Of a DNA stretch of 64,000 nt, positions 38,661 to 51,444 are shown piece by piece. The translations under genes were made by a program, and so were the position numbers. This stretch comes from Leucoraja erinacea (Eukaryota). A model generated the notes under the pieces. That model searched no databases. It saw only the letters and a list, made by a program, of their open reading frames with translations, and was not told the DNA's origin. Location: the NCBI RefSeq assembly GCF_028641065.1, contig NC_073402.1, positions 20,708,001-20,772,000 of the forward strand. Reading direction: 5' to 3'. The stretch's first letter is position 1; each line of letters opens with the position of its first letter.

Positions 38661-38783
38661 TACCCAGACATGTACAGTGATAAAGAACCACTTTTCAACT
38701 GTATCCAACGGGCACATCAAAACACATTGGAGATATACCCTCAATGGCTGATCTTCCAACTGATAGCTGGAATTGTCTACCCG
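38661..38783 (+). CDS. mgst3b: MGST3b-like exon 2
   Basis: YPDMYSDKEPLFNCIQRAHQNTLEIYPQWL; FNCIQRAHQNTLE is the MGST3 signature. Confidence 0.95.
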
Positions 38784-39954
38784 GTAAGGAATGTTGCTCA
38801 GGAAAATATTCTGCCTTAAATAATCTGTCCTGTTGCATCCTGTTCCCCAGTCAATCACGTGATTGGTTCCACAGTCATGAAAGTAGGTTAATTCCTTCAG
38901 GTTTTTATCTAAAAGTCTGCAAAATTTAAATGTTTTTCATATGCAGCCTTGTTTCGAAAACAGGAAATGACATTTTAAAAATGCATACCCATACAAGTGT
39001 TTGTTACAATCCAGTAAAGGTGGGGAGGGGTGCCTGAAAGTCAAGAATTAAGTATGTTTTCACATAACCAATGATGCTAAATGTTTTCTGCTGTACTTAC
39101 CAATGAGATGACAATTGGTATTACTCAGCAGGAAAGAGAAAATGTATGCAATGCATAGTTGTAAGAGACATCTATGTGCTCCCTCAGTGTTACTAATGTC
39201 GAACCAAGCACTTCCTCAGTATTGTTCCCATATTAATCCTGGTGCTTTTCCAGTGCTGCCTCCATGTCATCCCATTTGCTCCCTCAGTGTTGCACCTATT
39301 TGTTCCAGGTACTGCCACGGCACTGTCCCGATATTAGCCAGGGACCTTCCTTGGCAATGTTTCAGTTTTGCACCAGGTGCTCCCTCTGAAGTGCCGGTTA
39401 CTGGAAAGTGCCATCTGGTGAAGTGCTGGTCAACTGAGCTCTTGCTGTTATTAGAATTAGAGTGGATTGTGGTAGAGAGTTCTTATTATCCGGTTGACAT
39501 TTCAGCTTGCATTTTAGTGCATTGTTATACCTAACTGTCCATCTTTGATCCATAGAGGGGATATTCCTGCATTTGTAAGTATTTTCCTTTGTAAAGAGTA
39601 AATTTTTTTATTTTTTTTAAATCTTGACATAAGTGGTCATGTTTAATTGTAACTGCCCCTTCCTATAGTGCAGATGGCACGCCAGCTTTTATGTTAACTA
39701 TTCTTTGGATAAAGAAGTTTCTCTTGAAATTTCCTATTCTGACTGATATTTATGGAAAAAATAGATTTTAAAGAAATTCTACTATATGTGACCATTTTAA
39801 TTACTTGGAAAATTTCAAAGTGTTTTACATTTTAAAGCACAGTAATTTTTCCTAAAATCAGCCACTGTCAATACAAGAATAGTTGGGAACGGCTGTCTTT
39901 TTTACATTTTCCACAATGAACATGGGATAATCTAGTTTGTTTAACATTTCACAG

Positions 39955-40027
39955 GTCACTGCTTCTTTGTTTGGTATAATTTGGGTAACCAGTCGATTTT
40001 CTTACGCATGGGGATATTACACAGGAG
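39955..40027 (+). CDS. mgst3b: MGST3b-like exon 3
   Basis: 73 nt, VTASLFGIIWVTSRFSYAWGYYTG, cag/gtaggt boundaries. Confidence 0.95.
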
Positions 40028-41004
40028 GTAGGTATTCAGTTAAGTTTTATACAAATATCTTGCCAGAAAAAGTGTTTATGTTCAATAAAGTTAAAAGTAC
40101 ATTACCTTAATGCCACCAGAAAGGAACGACACGTTTTTGCATCACAGGACTTACTTATCAAAGTTATATTGTTAGAGTATTATTCAAATTCATCAGAGTT
40201 TCCACAAGCAGCAATGCACAACTTTGGCTAATAGCAGATTTAGATAATAGCAGAGGATTTTTATTACCTATCAAAACCAATGGAACATGTTAACCAAATC
40301 TCTATGTAATATCTTGTACAAAGGATAGCACCTCCAGTTTAAAAAAAAAAATTTAAAAAAAATAGAAACCAAGATCTTGAAGGGGTGTTGGAATCTTGTA
40401 TCAAAGACAGACATTATCAACTAGACAAAAACTGACATTAATATATAAAACATCACAAAAAATAACAAGGGTTTTCTATCCAAAGTAATTATATTCCTGA
40501 AATAAAACTAATTGCCGGTGTATTTAGGTGTCAGTTATAACAATAATGAATTTGTTCGAACTTAAATATCATAAGAGGCTCAAGTCAAGATTCAGAGGCA
40601 CTAACACAAGAAAACTACATTTAATATGGGCTTTATGATTTATAAAACTAATTATATTTATCTCTGTAATATTACTCATCTCTACAGACCTCAAATCACA
40701 ACTTCTGGAACACTCTTAATTAATTAATGTTTTATTATTTTTAATGTTTAGTGTTTTCTGAATCGTTCGTAACTGTCACTGTCATGTTGTTAGAGCACCA
40801 AGGCAAATTCCTTGTATGTGAATACTTGGCCAATAAACTTGCTAACTTACTAACTCTTCTAAGCTTTTTTTTTTTAAAAAGGGTATTTGACATGCTTGCC
40901 TTCATCAGTCAGAGTATTGAGAATAGGAGTTGTAATGCTAGATTTGGTAAGGCCAGATTTGGAGTATTGTGTACCAGGACTGGAATGTATGAGTTATAAA
41001 GAAT

Positions 41005-41218
41005 GTAGGAAAGAACTGCAGATGCTGGTTTAAACTGAAGATAGACACAAAAAGCTAGAGTAACTCAGTGGGACAGGCTGTATCTCAGGAGAGAAGGAAT
41101 GGGTGACATTTCGGGTCGAGACACTTCAGACTGGTGAAGAAGGGTCTCGACCTGAAACGTCAACCATTCCTTCTCTACAGAGATGCTGCTTGTCCCGCTG
41201 AGTAACTCCAGCTTTTTG
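41005..41218. repeat. Inverted pair of Penelope-derived terminal repeats
   Basis: An antisense copy directly followed by a sense copy, forming an ~85-bp-arm palindrome centred near 41133; the same layout occurs at ~46412-46710, ~49441-49685 and ~58810-59066. Confidence 0.8.
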
Positions 41219-41407
41219 GAATTTCTTTTAGTTGTAAAGAGAGGTTTGGAAAGGCCAGGACATTTTCCCAGGTGCATAGGAGGTGGAGGGGTATATAAAA
41301 TCATGAAGGGCATAGATAAGGTGAATATTCACTCTTTTGCCCAAGATCGGGGGACCAAATTTAAAAGGCATAGATTTAAGGTGAGAGGTGAAAGATTTGA
41401 ATGGGAC

Positions 41408-41560
41408 CTCTCTCCTGCCGCTCGCTGGCCTCACTCATGTCAGCCGCTTCCCGCAAATCCTTAAATTCCGACAGCGCAATTGAGGTTACTCAGCTGTGGG
41501 AATTTAAGGATTTGCGGGAAGCAGCTGACATGAGCGAAGTTGGCGAGAGGCAGTTGAGAG
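41408..41560. repeat. Long inverted repeat / hairpin
   Basis: CTCATGTCAGCCGCTTCCCGCAAATCCTTAAATTCCGACAGC pairs 40/42 with the downstream arm, with looser pairing extending outward. Confidence 0.85.
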
Positions 41561-43164
41561 TTGTTCAGACGAAGAGCACTGCCAGGTGAGCGGGCCGGCA
41601 GAAGGCGCTGAAGTGGCGGCCAGTTCTGCTGTCGGGTCCCGGAAGCCGCTCGCAGCTACCCGAGCTGCTTCTGTCCCCGGCTACAATGCAGCAGTGAGTG
41701 AGTTACTGGCATTATCCCCGACCCCCTCCTTCTCAACACTCCCCTCAATTGGTTCCTTGAACAAGTGTTGTCATTCAATAAGATGACAACTGATTCAACT
41801 TTTCCCTGTGCTCGTTTTTCCCACCATCTCTCCACCTGCCATCACCCACCCCCCCCCCCCCCCCCCCCCATTCAGTAATTCAGAATAATGGGGACTTGGA
41901 AGCCTTGGGCAAATTGAATTGTTACTGTCTTTATTTTTATTTATCTGTAGGGCGAGAACAATCTGCGCATGCGCGGTTTCAGTTTTTTTTAAAAAGCCGA
42001 CTGCCTACCCTGAGTAATCACTCATGGCACGTGCCTGAAGTGAATCGTATGTATGTGGCGTGTCCTCAACACTTAACTAACAAATTGCTGATTCTACTTG
42101 TCCAAAGTCAATATATTATGAAATGTTGTGCACAGAACCTGGGTCTAACCAAAGGTAGTTAATTACAACAGTGATACAATCCTGCGTTCTTCACTCTCCA
42201 CCATCACTACTAACATAAGGCAACAAGATGTTAATTCCACCATGTATTTTCAAGATTGATTTCAGATTTGATGCATTTGTATTCATTGTTTGCTTGTCTC
42301 ATTTTTGTTTGTGGGGTGTTCCCCCGTCTTTACATTTAGATAATCCCATCTTCATATCATGAAGTGAATAATTTGATATCAGACTCGGGTCACTTCAGTT
42401 TTTTATCTCCAGGAAATGTACCTTTCTGATTATTTCCCTTTTCCAGAATCCAAATGTCTTTTTTTTTGTGTCTTCTCTTCTAAAACTGTTTATAATTACA
42501 CTGCTTGTGTATTTTCAGCATTTTTACTTTTGTAGTTATTTCATTTAGTTCAGAGATACAGCACGGAAACAGGCCCTTTGGCCACCGAGTCCATACTGAC
42601 AAGCAATCCCTGCACACTAACGCTATCCTACTCGCACTAGGGACAATTTACAATTATACCAAGCCAATTAACATACAAACCTGTAGTGTGTGTGGGAGGA
42701 AACTGTAGAAAACCCACCCAAGGGGAGAACGTACAAACTCCATACAGACGAGCACTCTTGGTCAGGATCTAGCCCAGGTCTCTGCCGGTGTGCCACCTTG
42801 CCACCATATTTGATTAACCTAGTTATCATTGGTTCTCTTCTAGTCTTATTTACTTAATAGTTATCATTATCGTTCTAGCTTGCTTTGCTGTGTTTCCTAA
42901 ACATGTGTCAGACTTTTCTGTCATCTGATAAATTCCCCATGCATTGGTCAATATGTTGCTTCCAAACTGTAATCTAGGGAATTTGCTCATGCACAGGTTA
43001 CAAACACTGTCTATATAAATATATAAATAAATAAACAATATTTAAATAAATCGGATACTTTATAATAACTGAAATTTATGTTTTAAAAATATTAGCAGTA
43101 TCAAATAAAATTATATTGAGTGTGTTAAATGATTGTTCACCTGTGTTATTTGCTTTATCTTCAG

Positions 43165-43265
43165 TGCCAGAGAAAAGAAAGATTGGGTCCTATGGATACA
43201 TTGGATTTCTGGGAGTCATAGCCCTGTCTTTAATCGTTGCTTTTAAAACCATTTTCTCACCGTGA
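43165..43265 (+). CDS. mgst3b: MGST3b-like exon 4 (terminal)
   Basis: VPEKRKIGSYGYIGFLGVIALSLIVAFKTIFSP*; AATAAA candidates at ~43296, ~43492 and ~44131. Confidence 0.92.
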
Positions 43266-44299
43266 TAAGCTTTCTACCACTGAAAGTTGGGGAAAATAAA
43301 AATACCGGTTATCCAGTGGTATTTATCAGCTGTTATACATGGCCAGCCATTTTGAAATGAATGTCATCTTAGAAATCCTGCTACTTGTTTATCGATGCTC
43401 ATTTAAATATTACCAACCTGTGATCTTCTCCGATTTGTTAAGTGTTCCAGTTTGACTAGTTTTGTGGCATAAATCTATTTTTTCTATATTTAATAAAATG
43501 GTATCCTGGACTACAATGTTAATTTACAAATTTTATTTTTTATAATTAGGCAAATGACTGGCTTCTGCCTGAACTTGAATTGCTTTCTATTCTAGCTTGT
43601 GTATGTAATTGTTAGTTTAAAGTGAATATGTATTATTGAACTAGGTTTAACATTTTATTTTTCAGGATGCTTAGTAACTCAACTTACTTAAATTTTGATC
43701 CAAGGCCCTCTGTTTTGTATTACGGTTTAAACTTAAAATCAACCTAATCACACAGAGAATGGTGTATGTGTGCAGAACATGTGAAAGAAAACTAAGTGAT
43801 ATCAAAGCCAATAGAAACTTTAAAAGCTTGTTAAACAAGGCTGTAATTCTTTATCAATGGATGTTCTGACATTGAGAACTGAATGTTCACTGATTTGTAC
43901 ATTACCTGTTGGTTTTATTTTAAAGAAACATATTTTCTGCACCATTTAGTTATCCATTTTAATCTTTATTCAGCATACCAAATAATGAAATGGCTTGAAC
44001 TATAATTTTGTCTTAAATGTTATGTATTTTGTTGTAACCATTCATCAGGATCCAACTATAGTTGATGATTTCCTCAAATGCTTTTCTTTATGTACAAATC
44101 TTTATGGCTCTGTTTCACGCTTAATTTCTAAATAAAAAGATCAATTTTAAATATAGTTTATTTTTGTTGAAAGTGTTTTTGGTACAAAATAGCAAGAAAG
44201 TTGATTGTAAAATATTTAAATGGACAGAAACAATCCATCCAATTTGCATTGCAGAAGCAACAAACGGTATACACATCGGAGTGGAATGAGACATCAGAT

Positions 44300-44930
44300 A
44301 AAACCCCGACAGTCCTTTCAGGTTAGGCAGAGGTTCACTTGCACCTCATCCAACCTCATCTACTGTATCCGTTGTTCAAGATGTGGACTATTATACATCG
44401 GCGAGACCAAACGCAGACTCGGCAATCCTTTCGCGGAACACCTTCACTTGGCCTGCGTGAACCAACCTGATCTCCTGGTTGCTGGACACTTTAATTCTCC
44501 TTCTCATTCCTACACAGACCTTTCTGTCCTCAGTCTCCTCCATTGTCAGAGTGAGGCTAAACGCAAATTGGAGGAACAGCATCTCATATTTCGCTGGGCA
44601 ACTTACAGCCAAATATTGAAACCTCTCACTTCAGGTAGCCCCGGCATTCCCCCCCTCTCTTTCTACTACCCCCCCCCCCCCCCCCCCCCCCCCCTAGTCT
44701 CACTAGCTTCTCATTGTCACCCTAGAGTATACAATGGCCTGTTTCCTTTATCTTTCTTAATTTTTTGCAAGTTTTTCAATATTCTTTATCTCTCCACATC
44801 GCTGACTATATCTCTCGTTTTCCTTATCCCAGCCAGTCTGAAGAAGGGTCTTGACACGAAACATCACCCATTCCCTCTCTAGAGATGCTGCCTGTCCCGC
44901 TGAGTTACTCCATCTTTGTGTCTATCGTAG
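44300..44930 (+). mobile_element. Penelope-like element 3' fragment: GIY-YIG endonuclease plus hammerhead-bearing terminal repeat
   Basis: FTCTSSNLIYCIRCSRCGLLYIGETKRRL...EHL...HFNSPSH...KLEEQHLIFR, then CTGAAGA-stem-GAAACATC at 44838-44865. Confidence 0.9.
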
Positions 44931-47657
44931 GTAAAATTATTCACTGATTATACTGAATCAGTGTAACAAATGCCCTTTCTGATAGGTAAATAGCAATATG
45001 GTGGCTAGCAACACTGGTTTTAAAATGTGTAAAAGAACAGAAGTGCTGGAGTAACTTGGCAGGTCAGGTAGCATCTCTGGAGAACCAGGATTGGAGATGT
45101 TTTGGGGCTAGACCCTTCCTCAGATAGGTCTGAAATGCGTACTATCTTTAAATCATTTTTTAAAGTTATTTTCCACGATAGTACTGTTTCATACCCATGC
45201 CTCCATAAGTTCAGCCAGTTTATCTTCATAATGCAAGTCACAATCCCAATCTCCTATTGACAATATACAATAAAGTGATGGGAATGTTACAAATTTCCGA
45301 AAGTAGTTGAAAATAGAATCCCTTGCGTAACTGCTAACAACAATGGAAATATCTTTGCTGCAACAGACACGATCCATCTTAACACCACATAGCCAAATAG
45401 TCCAAGACAAAGTAAAGGATAGGTAGCCCAAAGTATAGAAAATGTACTTGCAAGTGATAACATTTAGAAAGAAATGAACATTTGAATAGAAAACATTTGT
45501 GCCTAGGATGGGTTTTAAAAAATTGCCACCAGCATAAAATGTTAAATCTCCCCTTCTCAATCACTGCCTCTGGTACTATTCCAATTCTTGCAGTCAGGAA
45601 ACAAGCAGCATTTTTTGCAATTACGTTATTTTTCTGTTGCAACAAAACATTTAGTTTATATACCTGCTCAACTTTTCATTCTGCTTTATTTGTGTATTGA
45701 TAGTAAACAATTGGTTAGTCATCAAACAATTGATTAAATGAAAGGGTATATTTAAGTCAATAGCACCAAGAGGAATCATTAGGGTTAGGCTTTGAGGGAA
45801 GAGTACATAATTTTGTGTAACTGAGCTTCATGACTTGATATTGTTAGATGATGCTACTGTTGAAGTGAACTATGTAAAATGAGAATAGTGTGCATTACAA
45901 TTCCCAAACAATGTTTGTACCTTGCTAACTATCTCAGTGAAGTGACACAGTACAGAATTTAATGACCGTTCACTATGGAAGTTCATTATGAATAGTTAAG
46001 GTGAATTGAAAAATATGTAGCTTAAGATTCATTACATTTAAATGATTCATGAAGACAACTTTTAAACATTTTTCATCTTGAGATGCTGACCACATTAATG
46101 CTTCACATAAACTGGAAATGCAACTTCAAACCATACTAAGGTTCCAGAAATAGTTGGTTATAGACTGGCAAACCAATATTCTGATTTCCTAAAACCGCTG
46201 CTCATTTTCTATTAAATATTAAAGTAACACAAACAAGTGACTAAGGATATTAATCTTAAAGCCTTCATTACACCAAAAAAACATTATTTGTGGCCTCCTG
46301 TACATCAGTGATACCAAGCATAGACTCAGCTCACTTGCGCTCAATCATCCAAGACCTACTGGATCTCCTGGTTGCTGACCATTTTAACTCTACTTCCCAT
46401 ACTGACCTGGGCTAGACACCAAAAGCTGGAGTAACTTAGCGGGACAGGCAGCATCTCTGGAGAGAAGGAATGGGCGATGTTTCGGGTCGAGAAATTCTTC
46501 AGAGAAACATCACTCATTTTGCGTCTGCCGCACTTTGTACTGCCTCTCATCTCGGCTTTCTCCCCGCACACCCCACAATTAGTCTGAAGAAGCGTCCCAA
46601 CCTAAAACGCGACCTGCCCATATTCTCAGAAGATGCTGCTTGACCCAATGAGTTACTCCAGCACTTTGTGCCCTTATGTGTATACCAGCTACTGCAGTTC
46701 CTGGTTTCTACTTTTAAATTGCTGGCTATGACTGACAAGCAAAGAATTACACTGTGCCTTGTTACATGTGACAATAAAGTATTCCACAACTCCATGTACA
46801 ACCATTGATAGTTGACCAAGAAGTGCTGGAGGATTATGATCCATCGTAAAAGCACTGATTATCATTCCCACAATCTCATCAGTTGTCATTAGGGACTGTA
46901 TTCAGAGCTGCTGTAGTAGGGGCAGAAATTTGCCGTGAGACGTTAACCAGAGTGCAAAATAGCTGCCAAAAGAAGACCAGGTCAACCAAAGTATGTTTAT
47001 TAAAAACTAAAAAATTCAATATTTCCGCTATTTAAAGATGGCAAAACAAAGTATAACTAATTATTGTGTTTTAATAACAGTGCACTTTCAAGTAAAGGTT
47101 TCCACCAGTTGATTTATCTGCTTAAAAGACAAATATAGAAGAACACAAGAACCGGATATACATGTTAAATCAGTATTTGGACAAACACCTTTAATCAAAT
47201 GGGTCAACCACTTTCTGTGGACTTTAGAGGTCTTCCATTTTGTTGATAAAAGTTAGACCTTCAAAAGAACAAGGATTTTCAACCATCCATCTTTATTTTC
47301 CGGCCAAAAAGTGTGGCATCGTAAGACCGAAAAATAATGGGCAATTAGAAACTATGTCTTTTGTCCGTCAAATATATTTGGGGAAGAAAAAAATAATAAT
47401 CGTACAACCAGAAAAATATCACGTAAGCCGTTTCTTGCAAAACCAAGTCCGGTGTGGTAAGTAAATCTGAATTGGGCATTACAATTCAGATTGGCAGCTG
47501 CGAAATCCGCTCACATTAACCTGGTTTAACAATGAAGGAGACAGGCATCGGGCAGCTGCAACTGGTAGAAAAACTGGTCTTGAAACGGCGGCGGTATCGG
47601 GCGGGGGGGTAGGAAACGTTGCTCCGGGTAATGTCCCTCTTGCAGCCCGCCCTCGCT

Positions 47658-48143
47658 TTATCTGGCCGCGCGTAGTAATCCAGGTCTGGAAGGCACCATC
47701 ATGGGCCGGTGAGGCCCCATCATCGGGCCCGGCATCATGGGCACCGGGCCACCCATGGGCGGTCTCATCCCCGGGCCCACCAACATCATACCGGGCGGAG
47801 CGTGGCCCATCATCGGCATCATGGGCGGCCCTCCCATCGGCGGCCCGGGTAGGATGGCGGGGCGAGGCGGCGGCACCCCCACGTTGCCGGGAGGCGGCGG
47901 GATGGCAGCTCCACCCGGGGGCGGCCCGGTCGGCGTGGAGAATGGCGCGGTGGGCGGGATCTTGCCCTGGCGGAAGGCGGCCGTCGTCTTATCGATCAGG
48001 CTCTGGGCCTGCTCCTCCATCCATTTCTGGTAGTAGTCCTTGACGTTCTCCTTGTGCTTGCGGCCCTCGCAGTGCGTCTTGCGGACGGACGGCGAGTCGT
48101 GGGTGAGGTAGGTGTCGCAGTAGTCGCAGTAATACTTGGGCAT
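47658..48143 (-). CDS. snrpc: U1 snRNP C protein (U1-C), intact single-exon retrogene, 161 aa
   Basis: [57 protein letters not shown] (U1-C zinc finger) plus a Pro/Met/Gly tail; no introns or disablements; minus-strand AATAAA at 47001-46996. Confidence 0.93.
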   Translation of the reverse strand: MPKYYCDYCDTYLTHDSPSVRKTHCEGRKHKENVKDYYQKWMEEQAQSLIDKTTAAFRQGKIPPTAPFSTPTGPPPGGAAIPPPPGNVGVPPPRPAILPGPPMGGPPMMPMMGHAPPGMMLVGPGMRPPMGGPVPMMPGPMMGPHRPMMVPSRPGLLRAAR

Positions 48144-48324
48144 CTTGTCAGCTGCTGCTCCTCCGCCGCTGCCGCCGGGTCCCGCTGCTAATCTTTGTTG
48201 CTGTCGCTGCTGCTGCTGCTGCTGGCGTCCCTCAGACACCAGTCATGTGATCCCCGCACACGAGCATGCGCACAACCCGCACCCTCAGGCACACAATGGG
48301 CCAAAGATGGCTGCAGATGCTGTA

Positions 48325-49015
48325 ATTCAATTCAACTTTATTGTCATTGCACAAATACGAGTACAGGTACAAATTCAGATTCAATTTTAATTGTCATTGT
48401 CAGTGTACAGTACAGAGACAACGAAATGCAGTTTAGCGTCTGGTCATAGTGCAAGATAGTAGAAATAAAAATACAAATAAAAATAAAAATATGGTTAACA
48501 ATGTGTGGACTGTGGATGAATTAAACTGGTACATAGGCAATAAATGTACACAAATGTATACGGAGAGTCTAAAGATAGCTAGCGACGGGACTCTGAGTTC
48601 AGCAATGTAATTGTGTTATTGAAAAAGCTGTTCCTCAGCCTGCTTGTGCGATACCTGAGGCTCCTGTACCGCCTCCCTGATGGGAGGAGGGCAAATAGTC
48701 CATGGTTAGGGTGAGGGGTCCTTGATAATTTTCCCGGCCCGTCTCAGACACCGTTTTCGGTGGAGGGCATCCATGGCAGGGAGCGGGGCACCGATGATGT
48801 GCTGAGCGGTTTTCACCACCCGTTGCAGTGCCTTCCTGTCAGCTGTGGTGCAGCTGCTGTGCCATACCGTGAAGCAGGTGGTCAGGATGCTTTCGATGGT
48901 ACAGCAGTAGAAGTTGGACAGGATCTGGGGGGACAGGTGAGCTTTCTTAAGCCTCCTCAGAAAGTAAAGGCGCTGCTGCGCCTTTTTGATCAGTTTGGTG
49001 GTATTGAGGGACCAG
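48325..49015 (-). mobile_element. Rex1-like LINE 3' fragment
   Basis: Antisense KKAQQRLYF.RRLKK and LPSGRRYR-like segments, with a short-repeat tail at ~48325-48390. Confidence 0.7.
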
Positions 49016-49323
49016 TAAGTAAGTACGTTTTATTTATATAGCACGTTTTAAGTCAACTCGCATTGACACCAAAGTGCTTTACATAAAATAGATAATACGT
49101 TTCCATACAAACCATAGAAAAAGGTTAAAAAAAATGAAGAAAATGGACACAACACATTAAAGAGTTCAACACAAACATCCCCCCACAGCAGAATCAAAAG
49201 ATTCCACTGTGGGGAAAGGCACCAGAAAGTTAAGTCCTCTTCCTCTGTGAAACACCCGAGGTCGGGGCCCATTTGAGGCCTTGCAGCCAGTCCGATAATT
49301 TTCAGGGCCCTCTTGCTGTGGAC

Positions 49324-49347
49324 CAAAGATTCGCTCTATGATCTTTG
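49324..49347. mobile_element. 24-bp TIR-only transposon scar with 8-bp TSD
   Basis: CTGTGGAC|CAAAGAT+TCGCTCTATGATCTTTG|CTGTGGGC: 7 nt of the left TIR, 17 nt of the right TIR, TSD 7/8. Confidence 0.8.
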
Positions 49348-49493
49348 CTGTGGGCATTTCTGTTTCTGTTTCTGCTTGCTACCGCACAACCGCCAACAGC
49401 TGGACTTACCCCTCTGACAAATGAGATATCTCCCCACGATGGACACAAAAAGCTGGAGTAACTCAGCCGACCAGGCATCGTCTCTGGAGAAAA

Positions 49494-49540
49494 GGAATAG
49501 GTGACGTTTCGGGTCGAGACCCTTCTTCAGACCTATTTCC
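49494..49540 (-). ncRNA. Minimal type I hammerhead ribozyme (Penelope-type), complete core with helix I
   Basis: Minus strand AAUAGGU-CUGAAGA-A-GGGU(CUCG)ACCC-GAAA-C-GUC-ACCUAUU: conserved core, helix II, palindromic ACGU helix III and a 7-bp helix I. Confidence 0.7.
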
Positions 49541-50795
49541 CTTTCCCCGGACTCTTAATTTGAAGAAGGGCTCGACACGGAACGTCATCCAATCCTTCCC
49601 TCCAGAGATACCGCGTTTTCCCGTTGAGTTACTCCAGCTTTTTGTGTCTACGGTATAAACCAGCGTCCGCAGTTCTTTCCTACACAAATCGTAAGTGATA
49701 GGAGAGAATGAGGCCATTCGGCACATTAAGTTTACTCTGCCATTCAATCAATCATCTCTCTCCCTCTCTCTCTTAACCCCATAGCCTCTGACACCCATAC
49801 TGATCAAGAATCAATCTATCACTGCCTGAAAAATATCCACTGACTTGGCCTCCACAGCCTTCTGTGGCAATAAATTCCAGATTCACCACCTTCGGACTAA
49901 AGGTATGAAAAGGCACATCGAACAAGTGAATGAAAATAAGACAGATCCAAGCCAGCAACGATGATCAAGGAATGGTGGAGCCCACAATGGTCCATTGTTG
50001 GCTGTGGAAAAGATGATACCTCCTGACGAGTAATAACGAGAACCATTCCTTCTCTAGAGATGCTGCCTGTCCCAACTGAGTTACTCCAGCATTTTGTGTA
50101 TATTCTCAATGATGCTTTATAATGACATGTATCTAAGTACAGTGAAATTCTTTGTTTTTGCATACAATCCGGTAAATTCATACAGCAGACCTCACCTAAG
50201 AGTTACACAAGTTGCCACGTTTCTGGCACTGGCAAACCTCTTTGTACATTCATATGCTGGAATGACACAAAATACTGGAATAACTCAGCAGGACAGGCAG
50301 CATCTTTGGAGAGAAGGAATGGGTAACATTTCGAGTCAAGACCCTTCCCCTCCCGTTGAGTTACACCAGCATTTTGTGTCTATCTTCAGTGTAAACCAGC
50401 ATCTGTAGTTCTGCATCTGCAGACAAAAAAAATATTCAGAATTTTTTAAACTGCAAAACAAAAACTGCACAAAAACACTTCATACATTCTTAGTGGTATA
50501 CACTACTGTTGTGCTCAGCTGTGTTCACAGCTATCTTTACACAAAACAACTTTGCAACTTGTGGTAGTTTTTGTATCACTGGCTTACAGGGCGCAGTTTT
50601 TTGTCATTTCAAATATAAATGTTATTCAAAATAAAGAAATATATACAAAATTAAGCAGTGAAAAAACGTATGCCTATATATTCAATAGTGTAGCCATCAC
50701 AGCAGTTTACTTTACTTTTTTTACTTCTAAAAATTGATTTTATTTGGAATAAAAAATATTCACAAAAAAAATCATGCAAAAGATTATCATAGAAA

Positions 50796-51098
50796 GGGCA
50801 ACACAGTGGCACTGCAGTAGCGTTTTTGCCCAACAGTGCCAGACACCCGGGTTCGATCCTGACTACGGCTGCTGACTGTACGGAATTTGCACGTTCTCCC
50901 TGTGACCACGTGTGTTTTCAACAGGTGCTCTGGTTTCCTTCGACTCTCCACAGACAAACTGGTTTGCAGGTTAATTGGCTTTGGAAAGTTGTAAGAATTG
51001 TCCCTGTGTGTTGGATAGTGCAAGTGTACGGTGTAATCAGCAGTCCATGCGGACTTGATGGGCTGAAGGCCCTGGAATCCATGCTGTATGTATCTCTA
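50796..51098 (+). mobile_element. tRNA-derived SINE (V-SINE/HE1-like)
   Basis: A-box-like 5' end, B-box GGTTCGATCC at 50850-50859, core GGAATTTGCACGTTCTCCC, CR1-like 3' end. Confidence 0.8.
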
Positions 51099-51444
51099 AG
51101 AAGGCTCAGAAGGCTGTGGAGGCCAAGTCAGTGGATATACTTAAGGCAGAGATAGATAGGTTCTTGATTAGTACAGTTGTCAGAGGTTATGGGGGGGGGA
51201 AGGCAGGAGAATGGGGTTAGGATGGAGAGAGATTAGCCATGATTGAATTGCGATGCAGATTTGATGGGGCCGAATGGCTCCTACCACATGATCTTATGAA
51301 GTCTAAAGGTTCTTAGTATCTATACATTCAAAAGTGTCATATTCAGTAGTGTTCGTACCAATCTTTAAACAAAACATCTGGATCACTGGGACGATAACCC
51401 TCCCCTTTGAGGAAGTAGCACTTGGTGTTTCGCTCCCTGGTTAC

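Noticed and set aside
47737-48449. Plus-strand Gly/Pro-rich and Cys/Leu-rich ORFs
   Set aside because: They are antisense to the GC-rich snrpc retrogene and its CAG tract.
50796-50870. tRNA gene (B-box GGTTCGATCC)
   Set aside because: It is the head of a SINE that continues into the SINE core, with no complete cloverleaf.
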